The notes: a model not told the origin generated them from the letters alone. 64,000 bases of DNA from an uncultured delta proteobacterium (GCA_963817385.1 CAWFOM010000012.1:49514-113513); one strand, 5' to 3'; positions 29,540-39,301 are shown, counted from the stretch's first letter. Numbers and translations: made by a program.

Positions 29540-30316
29540 TTATGGCAGCGAATTCACGAAATCCGTCAAGGCCGCATTGAAGGCCTCCGGATTCTCCAGC
29601 ATCACGAAATGTCCCGCCCCTTCGATCAGGGCGAGCCGCGCCCCGGGGAGGTGATCCCGGATGAATTCCGAGAAGGAGGGGGGCGTCATCTTGTCTTCCG
29701 CGCCGCAGAGGACCAGGGCCGGAATCCCGATCCCCGCGATGGCCTCCGTGATGTCCAGTTTGTTGCAGGCGGAGAAATCGCCGTGGATGATCTCGGGGTT
29801 GACCCGGGAGAGGCTCTCCGTGATGAGGCCGACGAATCTCTCCCGATTCGCCTTCGCGACGGAGAATTTTGCGGCCAGGCCGATGACGGCGGCGGGGTCC
29901 TGCTTCAGCCCCTCCAGGATGACCGGATTGACCGGCATCTTCACACCTCCCCCGACCGGGACCACCGCCGCGGCCGAATCGCGGTACCGGATGACAAAAC
30001 TGAGACAGATGGCGGCGCCGAGGGAGTGGCCGATCAGGACGGGCTTGACAATCCCGAGCCCGTCGAGGATCTTCTTCACCCATTCCCCATAGGCGGTTAC
30101 CTCCTGCTCGCCCGGACCTTCGGACCGGCCGTGGCCGGGCAGATCGATCGCCGCGATATTGAATGCATTTTTCAAAGGGGTGTACTGCCGGATCCAGTCG
30201 GTGTGGTCGCCGCCGGAGCCGTGGATGAAGACCAGCGTCTTGCGGTCCGGCGAAAAGCTTCCGTTGTTGACCCAGCAGGCGATCTGGCGCCCGTCGATGT
30301 TCTGGAGATTGATCAT
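29540..30316 (-). CDS. Alpha/beta hydrolase
   Basis: FIHGSGG, DLPGHG, GHSLG nucleophile elbow, AGHF. Confidence 0.92.
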   Translation of the reverse strand: MINLQNIDGRQIACWVNNGSFSPDRKTLVFIHGSGGDHTDWIRQYTPLKNAFNIAAIDLPGHGRSEGPGEQEVTAYGEWVKKILDGLGIVKPVLIGHSLGAAICLSFVIRYRDSAAAVVPVGGGVKMPVNPVILEGLKQDPAAVIGLAAKFSVAKANRERFVGLITESLSRVNPEIIHGDFSACNKLDITEAIAGIGIPALVLCGAEDKMTPPSFSEFIRDHLPGARLALIEGAGHFVMLENPEAFNAALTDFVNSLP

Positions 30317-30436
30317 GCCAGCCCCCTTCTTCTCAATGATCTCTACGAGTATCACAACGAGGCCGGGTTGTGCAATTAAAGATTGAATAATAACCGCGGT
30401 ATGAGGTAAGGAAGCCGTACATGAGGAGGAGAAGCT

Positions 30437-31255
30437 ATGCTGGAAGGAAAAAAGATCGGCGTGGTCGGCGGCGGCAAGATGGGAGGCGCCCTCATCGAGG
30501 GAATGATCTCCGGAGGTCTGTTTCCCGCGGCGGCCGTGACGGTGGCGGACACGGATGAACGCCGGCTCGAAGAGCTCCGAAAGGCCTACGGCGTCAACGT
30601 GACGACCGACAACCGGGCGGCGGTTCGGGGCGCGGAGATGGTCATCCTCTCCGTCAAGCCGCAGAACATGGCGGAGGTCCTCTCCGCGCTTGCCGGGCAG
30701 ACGGAGCCGGCGACGCTTTTCATCTCCATCGCGGCCGGGATCGCCACGGCCTTCATCGAGGAACATCTCCGGGAGGGGGTGCGCGTCGTCCGGGTCATGC
30801 CGAACATGCCCGCCCTCATCGGCGAAGGGGCGGCGGCCCTGTGCCGCGGGGCATTCGCCACGGAGGCGGATCTGGGGCTGGCGCGGCGGATTTTCGATGC
30901 CGTCGGGATCACCGTGGAGGTTCAGGAGTCTCTCATGGATGCCGTGACGGGACTCAGCGGCAGCGGTCCCGGCTATGCCTTCCTCATCATCGAGGCGCTT
31001 CAGGATGCCGGCGTCCGGATGGGGCTCGACCCGGATGTGGCCCTGCGGCTTTCCGCCCAGAGTCTCCTCGGGGCGGCGAAGCTCAGCCTCAAGGGGGAGA
31101 AGACCCCTGCCGAATTCCGGGGGATGGTGACCTCCCCCGGGGGGACGACGCTCGCCGGTCTCAAGGTCCTGGAGGAGGGAAAGCTCCGGGCGCTCCTGAG
31201 TGCGGCCGTCGAGGCGGCGACGCGCCGCTCCGCGGAGCTGGGCGGCCGGAAATAG
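30437..31255 (+). CDS. proC: Pyrroline-5-carboxylate reductase
   Basis: GGGKMG, SVKPQ, RVMPN, TGLSGSGPGY, VTSPGGTT. Confidence 0.97.
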   Translation: MLEGKKIGVVGGGKMGGALIEGMISGGLFPAAAVTVADTDERRLEELRKAYGVNVTTDNRAAVRGAEMVILSVKPQNMAEVLSALAGQTEPATLFISIAAGIATAFIEEHLREGVRVVRVMPNMPALIGEGAAALCRGAFATEADLGLARRIFDAVGITVEVQESLMDAVTGLSGSGPGYAFLIIEALQDAGVRMGLDPDVALRLSAQSLLGAAKLSLKGEKTPAEFRGMVTSPGGTTLAGLKVLEEGKLRALLSAAVEAATRRSAELGGRK

Positions 31256-31267
31256 GCCCCTCCTGTA

Positions 31268-33242
31268 CTAGTCGATCAGGGTTTCGAAGACCTTCTTGAG
31301 CCGGTGCAGCGGATCATCGTGATTCGCGTTCGCCTTCTCCGACGTTTCCGCCGGCGCCGCCTGGCTCTTCGGGGCCTCCGGAGCGTGAGGGGAACTACTC
31401 TTCGGAGGGGCCGGTTCGATCACCGCGGCCGGCGGCTTGATTCGAACCGGTTCGCGCGGGTGGGCCGCGGGTGGGTTATCCGGTTCCGCGGCCGCCGGAG
31501 GCACAATCGCCTGAGCCTCGGCCGGTGAGCCATTTACGGGCTTTTCTCCCGGTTTCTTCCTCCGGTGGCGCGATCGCCGGCGGGATCTCTTTTTCGCCGG
31601 TTCATGGTTTTCGGCGGGAGCGGAGGCTGGGGCTGGGGCCGTCCCGTTCCCTCTCGGTTCTTCGATGGCCTTGATCTCCTTGGGTGGCGGGGCAACCGCC
31701 GCCTCTTCGTCTTCGAACTCCTCCGGGATCTCCTCCGCCTCCGGGGCATGCCTCACCTGTTCCGGCACGGGGGCCGTTTCCCGCTTCGTCGTTTCGATCT
31801 TCCACTCGTCCCATGCCATATCGGGTTTCCCGGAGATGGAAATCGACATGTCGTACTCGTCTTCCAGATGGCTGAGCTCGGATCGTTTCTGATTGAGGAG
31901 ATAATCGGCCACTTCATAGGGGAGGCCGATCTTGATCTGGGAAGAGAGCCCTTTGACGGCCTGGGTTTCGATCTTCCGATAGGCGGTCAGGGCCGTGTAT
32001 TCGAGGGACGGCCGGACTCCGCGGCCCCGGCAGAAGGGACAGGGGGTGTAGCTGATCTCCTGGATTGTCGATTGCTTCTTCTGGCGCGAGAGCTCCATGA
32101 TGCCGAATTTGGAGATGTGGGAGAGCTGTATCCGCGCCCGATCCAGCGAGATCGCCTTCTTGAAGGCCTTCTCCACCTCGGCGTTATGCTTTACGTCCAT
32201 CATATCGATGAAGTCGATGACGATCAGCCCCCCCAGATCGCGCAGGCGTGAGCTGGCGGGCGATCTCCTCGGCAGCCTCCATGTTCGTCTTGAAGGCGGT
32301 CTCTTCGACGTTCCGCTTGCTGGAGCCTCTGCCCGAGTTTACGTCGATGGTGATCATCGCTTCGGTGGGGTTGATGATGAGATAGCCCCCCGACTTCAAT
32401 TCCACCCGGTCCTGGTAGATGACACGGATCTGATCCTCCAGTTGATATTTGTCGAAGATGGGGGTTTTCTCCTTGTCCAGCTTGATCATCTTGACGTTCC
32501 GGGGGGCGACGGCCTTGCAGTAGGCGCGCATCTGCCGGAACGTGTCCATGTCGTCGACGAGGATCTCCTCGATGTCCGTCGTGAAGTAATCCCGGAGAGA
32601 CCGGACGCCGAAGTCGCTCTCCTGGTAGATCAGCGCGGGCGCCGTGGTTTCGCCGGCCTGTTTCTGGATCTCCTTCCAGAGCCGGGAGAGGTGCTGGTAG
32701 TCGCGGGCCAGCTCCTGCTTGGTCCGGTTCATCCCGGCCGTCCGGACGATGAAGCCGAGTCCGTCTTCCGTCGTGATCTGTTCGACGAGTTCCTTGAGCC
32801 TTTTCCGGTCCACCTCGTCCTCGATCTTGCGGGAGATGCCGCTGCTCTCCTTGTTCGGCAGGAGGACGAGGTACCGTCCCGGCAGGGAGATGTAGGCGGT
32901 CAGGAGGGCGCCCTTCCGTTCGCTGACCTCACGGAGGATCTGGACGAGGACCTCCTGTCCGGGCTTCAGCGTCTGCCTGCTCCCCTCCCGGCCGTTGGTC
33001 TCCGCGAAGTATTGGTGACTGACGTCGCGCAGGGGGAGAAAACCGTCCTTTCTCCCGCCGTAGTTCACGAAAGCAGCCTGGAGGCCGCGCTCCACCTTCA
33101 TCACAATACCTTTGTAGATGTTGCCGGTAATCGGCTCCTTCACGGCCATCTGGATGTTGAACTCGACCAGTTTGCCGTCCTCCACGATCGCCATCCGTTT
33201 CTGCTCCAAATGGACGGCATTGATCAGCATCTGCTTTTTCAT
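31268..33242 (-). CDS. rne: Ribonuclease E/G family (Rne), one frameshift ~32249
   Basis: GNIYKG, LQAAFVNYG, IDVNSG, RQL/RLRDLGGLIVIDFID, CPFCRG; Pro/Arg-rich tail. Confidence 0.92.
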
Positions 33243-33253
33243 AATGATCCTTT

Positions 33254-33862
33254 CTATGTAAAGGCGGATACATCGCCTTTTCCTACTCTGATGACCTCAA
33301 CCCCTTCCGCAAGGAGGCTGACCACGCTGGAGGGCGTCGCGACCAGGATGCCGCCGTCGATGATCATATCCACCCGTTTGCCGAAGAGCTCCTCGATTAT
33401 CCGGGGGTCGCTGAGGAGCTCGCCCTCCCCATCCTTGACGCTGGTGCTGATGACGGGAGATCCCATCTCGGCGACCAGCGCCTGGCAGATCTTGCTGTCG
33501 GGGATGCGGATACCGGTGGTCAGCCGTTTGGGGAGGATGATCTTGGGAACGATGCGGGAGGCCTCCAGGATGAAGGTGTAGGGACCGGGGAGGAGGCGTT
33601 TCATGATCTTGTAAGCGTCGTCGGAGACACGGGCGTAGTGGCTGATGTCTTTGAGATCGGAGCAGATGAAGCTCAGCGGCTGCTTCCGGTCTCGGCGTTG
33701 GATCTCGTAGATCCGCTCGATCCCTTTTTTGTTGAACAGATCGCACCCCATCCCGTAGACCGTATCGGTCGGGTAGATGATGATTCCTCCGCTCTTGAGG
33801 ATCTCCACCGCCCTGCGGATCAACCGCATCTGGGGGTTCTGATTGTTGATCGCTACGAGCAT
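33254..33862 (-). CDS. Sua5/YciO/YrdC family (threonylcarbamoyl-AMP synthase-like)
   Basis: IIYPTDTVYG, LPGPYTF, GIRIPD, STS. Confidence 0.93.
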   Translation of the reverse strand: MLVAINNQNPQMRLIRRAVEILKSGGIIIYPTDTVYGMGCDLFNKKGIERIYEIQRRDRKQPLSFICSDLKDISHYARVSDDAYKIMKRLLPGPYTFILEASRIVPKIILPKRLTTGIRIPDSKICQALVAEMGSPVISTSVKDGEGELLSDPRIIEELFGKRVDMIIDGGILVATPSSVVSLLAEGVEVIRVGKGDVSAFT

Positions 33863-33964
33863 GTTGCCCCTGTTTGATGCCGAAACCCACTCCCGGAATT
33901 ACAATTGGGCAATTTATCAGAAACAGAGGCGATTATCAATGAGATAACATAAAAAAAGCAGGAG

Positions 33965-34092
33965 GAGATCCAGAAACCGGCTGACCCGATGGGCGTAGAA
34001 AGGCACATCCTTAGCCGGGCCAGATTCTTTTCCAGAAGGTACTTTTGGAACGCCGGTAGCTTATCATCGAGCGTTGTTGCCATTTTTCCCAT
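33965..34092 (-). pseudogene. Integron integrase N-terminal remnant
   Basis: LPAFQKYLLEKNLA, then (frameshift) AKDVPFYAHRVSRFL; divergent from a cassette array. Confidence 0.6.
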
Positions 34093-34224
34093 ACTTTACC
34101 TACTTGGCTTTTGGTCTTTATTACCACAAAATATCCAAGGGTGAGAACTCATTTATTATTGATTTCATGTTGTAATTTCTCCTTTTTATTTCTTTTGAAA
34201 TGAAGTAGGATTGCACGAAAGTCT

Positions 34225-34258
34225 GGAAAGAACCTGTTGGATATATTAATTGTTACCC
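34225..34258 (+). other. Putative attI site (core G/TTACCC)
   Basis: AT-rich tract then GTTACCC (34252-34258), the exact reverse complement of GGGTAAC at the end of the first cassette. Confidence 0.65.
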
Positions 34259-34268
34259 ATGAAATAAA

Positions 34269-34300
34269 ATGTTGCATAATGTTGCATATTGCAATATTAT
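34269..34300 (+). promoter_or_regulatory. TA promoter/operator
   Basis: TTGCAT-17 nt-TATTAT overlapped by ATGTTGCATA x2 and palindrome ATATTGCAATAT. Confidence 0.6.
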
Positions 34301-34328
34301 GTAGAAAAAGTAGTTTGGAGGGAAAATC

Positions 34329-34547
34329 ATGCCTACAGCAGTTAGAATATCAGAAGAACTGGTTGATGAAGCAAAGAGATTCAGCCGCATCGATCATCGT
34401 TCCCTAGCTGGTCAAATCGAGCATTGGGCGCGCATGGGGAAGTGTGCCGAGGAAAATCCGGATTTGTCATATTCACTTATTAAAGAAATCTTGATCGGTC
34501 TTGATGAATTAGATCAGGGTGAAAAGACGGAATACAAGTTCGGATAG
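34329..34547 (+). CDS. ParD-like antitoxin
   Basis: VRISEELV.EAK...RSLAGQIEHWARMG..EENPDL..Y.FG. Confidence 0.85.
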   Translation: MPTAVRISEELVDEAKRFSRIDHRSLAGQIEHWARMGKCAEENPDLSYSLIKEILIGLDELDQGEKTEYKFG

Positions 34548-34553
34548 GCTGCT

Positions 34554-34835
34554 ATGAATATTTTCCAATCGAGATCGTTTGAGAAAAAAGTAAAGAAAAT
34601 GTCTAAAGCTGAAAAAGATGCTTTAGATCGTGAAGTGAGAAATATTGCTGAAAACCCGAATATTGGTGAAGAGAAAAAGGGTGATTTGAAAGGTGTGTTT
34701 GTCCATAAATTCAAGCTCAAGACGAATTTATATTTGTTGGCATATAGGAAAGCCGGCACAAATTTGGAACTTGTCATGATTGGCTCTCATGAAAATTACT
34801 ATCGTGATCTCAAGAGCTACTTAAAAAGCAGATAA
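34554..34835 (+). CDS. RelE/ParE-family toxin
   Basis: FEKKVKK, NPNIGEEKKGDL.GVFVHKF, GSHENYYRDLK. Confidence 0.9.
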   Translation: MNIFQSRSFEKKVKKMSKAEKDALDREVRNIAENPNIGEEKKGDLKGVFVHKFKLKTNLYLLAYRKAGTNLELVMIGSHENYYRDLKSYLKSR

Positions 34836-34838
34836 ATC

Positions 34839-34902
34839 GGGTAACCAGTTGCTGCACCGGATCGGCGTGCACGCACGCCTCCAGGTGAGCTTTTCGTTAT
34901 GC
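34839..34902 (+). other. attC site 1
   Basis: GGGTAAC...GCTGCACC...GGTGAGC...GTTATGC: R'', L'' with extrahelical G, L', R'. Confidence 0.85.
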
Positions 34903-34903
34903 A

Positions 34904-34993
34904 AACTGGAAATCGAAGTACGGCGGCATGAGCGCTTCGGATTTGAAGCGCCTGAAAGAGATGGAACGGGAACTCTCGCAGCTCAAGCGGATG
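34904..34993 (+). mobile_element. IS3-family transposase OrfA fragment
   Basis: NWKSKYGGMSASDLKRLKEMERELSQLKRM. Confidence 0.75.
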
Positions 34994-35055
34994 GATAACA
35001 AAGGCAATCCACCGGCCGGGTTTCACCCGGTTCCCCGTGAGCTTTGCCGTTGGGT
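34993..35055 (+). other. attC site 2 (degenerate)
   Basis: GGATAAC...CCGGG-TTTCA-CCCGG...GTGAGC...GTTGGGT. Confidence 0.65.
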
Positions 35056-35092
35056 GGTTGAGAAAGCTCACACAAATGTCGAAGGGGAAGAC

Positions 35093-35479
35093 ATGGAAAC
35101 TGATCCAACAGCACCCAAGACTATCGATGACTACATCGCGGGCTTCCCACAAGACGTTCAAGAGATTCTAGAGAAGATAAGATCGACCATTAAGAAGGCG
35201 GCCCCAGACGCGGAAGAAACAATCAGCTATCAAATGCCGACTTTTACCCTGAAAGGTAATTTGGTTCATTTTGCGGCTTTCAAAAGCCATTTCGGGTTTT
35301 ATCCTACGCCGACCGGAACTGAGAAATTCCAGAAGGAGCTATCTGTTTATAAGGGCGCAAAGGGTTCGGTCAGATTTCCAATAGACAAGCCAATTCCGTT
35401 CGCCCTGATCGGCAAAATCGTGAAGTTCAGGGTAAAGGAAAACTTGGAAAGAGCAGCAGCAAAAGGGAAGAAGAAATAG
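35093..35479 (+). CDS. DUF1801 / YdhG-like protein (gene cassette)
   Basis: TIDDYI, EETISYQMP, HFAAFKSH.GFYP, KGSVRFP; real start at ATG 35093. Confidence 0.9.
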   Translation: METDPTAPKTIDDYIAGFPQDVQEILEKIRSTIKKAAPDAEETISYQMPTFTLKGNLVHFAAFKSHFGFYPTPTGTEKFQKELSVYKGAKGSVRFPIDKPIPFALIGKIVKFRVKENLERAAAKGKKK

Positions 35480-35486
35480 TGACCAT

Positions 35487-35579
35487 TCCCATTGGCAGGC
35501 GTTCGAGCGCATTCGACGGCAGCCTTGCCGAGCAAGCTCGGAAGCCTGCCGTCGAAACGCTCAACTGCCGCCGTTCGCT
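35487..35579 (+). other. attC site 3 (R'' degenerate)
   Basis: GTTCGAGCG...long hairpin...CGCTCAAC...GTTCGCT. Confidence 0.6.
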
Positions 35580-35588
35580 GGATGAATC

Positions 35589-36149
35589 TCAGCGCGCCTT
35601 AAGCCAGGCCTCCACGACGTCCTGATGCTGCCGGGCGAATTGCCCGTGGAGCACCGTTCCGATATCGAACCAGGCGAGCGTCTCATACCAGGGAGGGGTG
35701 CGGAGCTCACTGCCATTCCCGAGCGAGATCTCGAAGAGAAAATGAACGTCATAGTGCATCTCCCCGGGGGCGATGGCCGGCTCATAGAAGAAGGTTGCGA
35801 CGCGCGGCTCCGGGTAGGCAAGGCCCCGGTCGAGGAGGAGGATCTCCTCGCCTATGTGCCGCGCGGCCTCCCGCGGGTCCTCGCCGAATTTCAGGTGTCG
35901 CGCGGGGAGTGTCCAGCCGTGGGCGTTGGCCCTGATCCGTTTGTCGTCCATGCCGGCGAGTCTCTCCCAAGCCGGATGCGGGGCATATTTCCCCAATAGG
36001 ATTCTCTCTCCGCTCACCACAAACAAAAATGCGCACAGGCACATCCCGCCTCGCGGCACGCTTGTAAACCCTTTCGGCGGAGCGAACGGCGCCAGCCAGA
36101 GAAAAGCATCCGTTGCGGTATCTTCGCGGTCGAAGGACGAGGGGCTCAT
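35589..36149 (-). CDS. NUDIX-like hydrolase
   Basis: WTLPA.HL.FGEDPREAARHI.EE degenerate Nudix box. Confidence 0.7.
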   Translation of the reverse strand: MSPSSFDREDTATDAFLWLAPFAPPKGFTSVPRGGMCLCAFLFVVSGERILLGKYAPHPAWERLAGMDDKRIRANAHGWTLPARHLKFGEDPREAARHIGEEILLLDRGLAYPEPRVATFFYEPAIAPGEMHYDVHFLFEISLGNGSELRTPPWYETLAWFDIGTVLHGQFARQHQDVVEAWLKAR

Positions 36150-36171
36150 CTTTTTTTCTCCAAGGAGTTTT

Positions 36172-37776
36172 TTATTTTAACCTTCCCATTCGCGTGTTCT
36201 TGTTCAGGTTGTCCTTGCTCAGCTTGTACTGGATGCTGTCCACGAGGGCCTGCCAGCTCGCTTCGATGATGTTCTCGGAGACGCCGATCGTACTCCACAG
36301 CTCCTCCCCGTCCCGGGAATCGAGGAGCACCTTGACCCGCGCCGCCGTTCCCTCGCTCCCTTCCACGATGCGGACCTTGAAATCGACCAGGTGCATCTCG
36401 CCGATCTGGGGGTAGAATTTCGTCAGGGCCTTCCGGAGGGCGTGGTCGAGGGCGTTGACCGGGCCGTTTCCCTCCGCCGCGGTCAGCTCCACCTCGCTGC
36501 CGACGGAGATCTTGATCGTCGCCTGGCAGAGGGAGGGGTTGTTTCCGGTCTTGCCGTTCGTGACGTTGAAACACTCGAGCGTGAAGGGCTCCTTGAAGGC
36601 GCCGGTGATCTTCTTCATGAGGAGCGCAAGCGACCCGTCGGCCGCATCGAACTGGAACCCCTGGTCCTCCAGCCGCTTGATCTCCCGGACGATCTTCTTG
36701 TTCAAGGCATCGTTCGTGCCGACATCGATGCCGAACTCCTTCGCCTTGAAGGCGATGTTGCTCTTCCCGGCGAGGTCGGAGACGATGACCCGCTGCTGGT
36801 TTCCGACCCACTCGGGCGGGATGTGCTCGTAGGCCTGCGGGTTCTTGGCGACGGCGTTGACATGGACGCCCCCCTTGTGGGCGAAGGCGCTCCGTCCGAC
36901 GAAGGGGCGGAAGGGGAGCGGCCGGACGTTGGCGACTTCGCTCACGTAGTAGGAGAGGTTCGTCAACTGCCTCAGGGAGGCCGCCGGGAGACACCGCCGG
37001 TTCATCTTGAGCTGGAGGTTCGCGATCACGGCCGTCAGATCGGCGTTTCCGCACCGCTCGCCGTAGCCGTTGACCGTTCCCTGGACCATGACCACGCCCG
37101 CCTGAACCGCCGCGATGGTGTTCGCCACGGCGAGGCCGCCGTCGTTATGGGCATGGATGCCGAGGCGGTCAAGGGGGACGACCGCCGCAACCTTCAGCAC
37201 GGCCCCGGTCAGGTCGTGGGGCAGGGTGCCGCCGTTCGTGTCGCACAGGACGATCCGGTCCGCCCCGGCGGCGAGGGCCGCCTTCAGGGTCGAGAGGGCG
37301 TAGGCCGGGTTTCGCCGGTACCCGTCGAAGAAGTGCTCCGCATCGAAGATTACCTCTTTGCCCCGTCCCTTCAGAAAGGTGACCGTGTCGCGGATGATCT
37401 CCAGGTTCTCTTTGAGGGGAATGCCGAGGATCTCCGTGACGTGGAGATCCCAGCTCTTCCCGAAGACGGCGACGGCCGGCGTTTCCGCCTTGAGGAGGGC
37501 CTTGAGGTTCCGGCAGTTTTCGGGTCGGATTCCCGGTTTCCGCGTGCTCCCGAAGGCGGTCAGCCGGGCGTGCCGAAAGACGATCCCCTTGGCCATCTCG
37601 AAGAAGCGGATGTCCTTGGGATTGGAGCCCGGCCATCCCCCTTCGATGTAGTGGAACCCCATCTCGTCCAGGCGCTGGGCGATCCGCAGCTTCTCCTCCG
37701 CGGAAAAGTTGATGTGTTCGCCCTGCGTGCCGTCCCTCAGGGTCGTGTCGTAGATGAATACTTCCCGTGCTTTCAT
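36172..37776 (-). CDS. cimA: Citramalate synthase (bacterial CimA)
   Basis: YDTTLRDGTQGE, YIEGGWPGSNPKD, FDAEHFFDG, GIHAHND, AFAHKGGVH, EGNGPVNALD, NIIEASW. Confidence 0.93.
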   Translation of the reverse strand: MKAREVFIYDTTLRDGTQGEHINFSAEEKLRIAQRLDEMGFHYIEGGWPGSNPKDIRFFEMAKGIVFRHARLTAFGSTRKPGIRPENCRNLKALLKAETPAVAVFGKSWDLHVTEILGIPLKENLEIIRDTVTFLKGRGKEVIFDAEHFFDGYRRNPAYALSTLKAALAAGADRIVLCDTNGGTLPHDLTGAVLKVAAVVPLDRLGIHAHNDGGLAVANTIAAVQAGVVMVQGTVNGYGERCGNADLTAVIANLQLKMNRRCLPAASLRQLTNLSYYVSEVANVRPLPFRPFVGRSAFAHKGGVHVNAVAKNPQAYEHIPPEWVGNQQRVIVSDLAGKSNIAFKAKEFGIDVGTNDALNKKIVREIKRLEDQGFQFDAADGSLALLMKKITGAFKEPFTLECFNVTNGKTGNNPSLCQATIKISVGSEVELTAAEGNGPVNALDHALRKALTKFYPQIGEMHLVDFKVRIVEGSEGTAARVKVLLDSRDGEELWSTIGVSENIIEASWQALVDSIQYKLSKDNLNKNTRMGRLK

Positions 37777-37798
37777 GGCTCCCCCTCGCTTTGCCAAT

Positions 37799-37836
37799 AA
37801 AAAATCCGTTATCGGTTCGCACCTGATAACGGATTC
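37799..37836 (-). terminator. Attenuator terminator upstream of cimA
   Basis: AATCCGTTATCAGG-TGCGAA-CCGATAACGGATTTTTT. Confidence 0.85.
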
Positions 37837-37864
37837 GTCGATTCCTGCGTTCTTTTTGCCGAGA

Positions 37865-37960
37865 CTATCCCCCTATCAGGCCGCTGTATGTGGGCCCGAT
37901 AATTATGCCTCCGATCGCCTCGACGGCGGACTGCTTCCGGTGTTGGTCTCTGCCGGTCAT
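37865..37960 (-). CDS. Ile-rich leader peptide of cimA (31 aa)
   Basis: MTGRDQHRKQSAVEAIGGIIIGPTYSGLIGG*, tandem ATA-ATT-ATC codons, stop ~30 nt before the terminator. Confidence 0.75.
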   Translation of the reverse strand: MTGRDQHRKQSAVEAIGGIIIGPTYSGLIGG

Positions 37961-37997
37961 ACTCACCATTGCCTCTGACAAACGTTCTTATGCAGAT

Positions 37998-38026
37998 CTC
38001 ATAAAACTTTCCCCGGGGTTTGTCAA
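37998..38026 (-). promoter_or_regulatory. sigma70-type promoter of the cimA leader
   Basis: TTGACA-17 nt-TATGAG. Confidence 0.55.
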
Positions 38027-38053
38027 ACAAAAAATTCCGTTCATCCTGCCATG

Positions 38054-39301
38054 TTAGACATCGGCTATCAAGGTTGCATGGGATTCCTCCTCCGGATTGG
38101 GAAGGCGATAATCGGAACGCGCGTTTTTTTCATCCCAGGCGAAATCTTCACACCCCAGTTCGAGGAACCGCTCGTGAATCATCTTTTCGTAATGCATCCG
38201 GATTGACCGGACATGTCGATGGATATCCTGATTTCTCTCCCGCTGGGCGGTGTTCCCGATATACTGGAGATAGCACAGCTTGGGAACCTTGATCATCCGG
38301 GTCTTCAGAAAAGTCCTGACCAGGATCTCGTAATCGTCCGCCACATGAAGCTCCTTGTTATGCCCCCCGATCGATTCATAAAAAGACCTTCTCCACGCAC
38401 GGACGTGGTTCGGGGTAGAGACAATATGCCGGATCGTCTTGGGATTGATGTTGCCGGCGTTGCCCGACTTGTATACGGTGCCCCGATATTCAACATCCTT
38501 ATAGGAACCGTAGCCGAATGCCCAGCCATCCCGGTAGGTGTGGCTTGTCCGATCCTCGTAAATCTCGGCACTGTCGGTATATAGAAACCCGGCGTCCGTG
38601 AACTGTTTGAAGCCTTTCACCACGCAATCCAGGGCATAGTCGGTCAACTCGTCATCATGGTCCAGCTCGACGAGCAGGTGCCCCTTGGCGAGGCTGCATG
38701 CCCAGTTCTTTACCTTCCCGATGATCCCCGAGTGCTCCCAGGGTTTGAAGACCTGTATCCGGTGATCCTCTTCGGCGATGCTGCTGAGAACTTTAAATGT
38801 CTTGCCGTCATCATCCGAATCATCCACGATGACCCATTCCCAGTTGGTATAGGTCTGTTCCTTCAGCGAGCGGTATGGCCGCCGGATTCTCTCCCCGGTC
38901 TTATAGGCGGCGGTAAAGACGGTAACGAGGGGTTTCCCGTCCGCATCCCCATCGTCGAACATGTTCGTCATATAACGGTTGTAGGCAGACATGCCGAGCT
39001 GATTCAGGTCCGGCAGGGTATCATAGTGAAGCCATTTCTTCTGGATCTCGAAAGGCGCGGTCATGACATTGGGGTAGGATGATCGGTTCCCGATCGTGAT
39101 AATGACATGCGGCTTATCCCGGATGAGAATCTGTTCGAGGTTGCGATCGGACGGATAACAGCGACAATCAAGCCGCTTCTCCTCATAGACTTCCTCGATG
39201 GGGGTGACCAACTCCACATCCTTATGGCCGAAGATACAGATTACCGGCAACTTCCCATCCCTTGCGGGAAATAATTTATTTGCATACGTTATTAAATTCA
39301 T
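38054..39301 (-). CDS. Glycosyltransferase family 2 with N-terminal extension
   Basis: VTVFTAAY, QTYTNWEWVIVDDS, ELDHDD, ADDYE. Confidence 0.88.
   Translation of the reverse strand: MNLITYANKLFPARDGKLPVICIFGHKDVELVTPIEEVYEEKRLDCRCYPSDRNLEQILIRDKPHVIITIGNRSSYPNVMTAPFEIQKKWLHYDTLPDLNQLGMSAYNRYMTNMFDDGDADGKPLVTVFTAAYKTGERIRRPYRSLKEQTYTNWEWVIVDDSDDDGKTFKVLSSIAEEDHRIQVFKPWEHSGIIGKVKNWACSLAKGHLLVELDHDDELTDYALDCVVKGFKQFTDAGFLYTDSAEIYEDRTSHTYRDGWAFGYGSYKDVEYRGTVYKSGNAGNINPKTIRHIVSTPNHVRAWRRSFYESIGGHNKELHVADDYEILVRTFLKTRMIKVPKLCYLQYIGNTAQRERNQDIHRHVRSIRMHYEKMIHERFLELGCEDFAWDEKNARSDYRLPNPEEESHATLIADV

Noticed and set aside
22690..32255. Programmed frameshifting or phase variation in AOR and rne
   Set aside because: Extra bases are not in slippery heptamers or long homopolymers, and similar errors are scattered window-wide
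34928..35092. N-terminal extension of the DUF1801 ORF
   Set aside because: It is the IS3 fragment plus attC2 read in frame; the DUF1801 domain begins at ATG 35093 with its own purine-rich RBS
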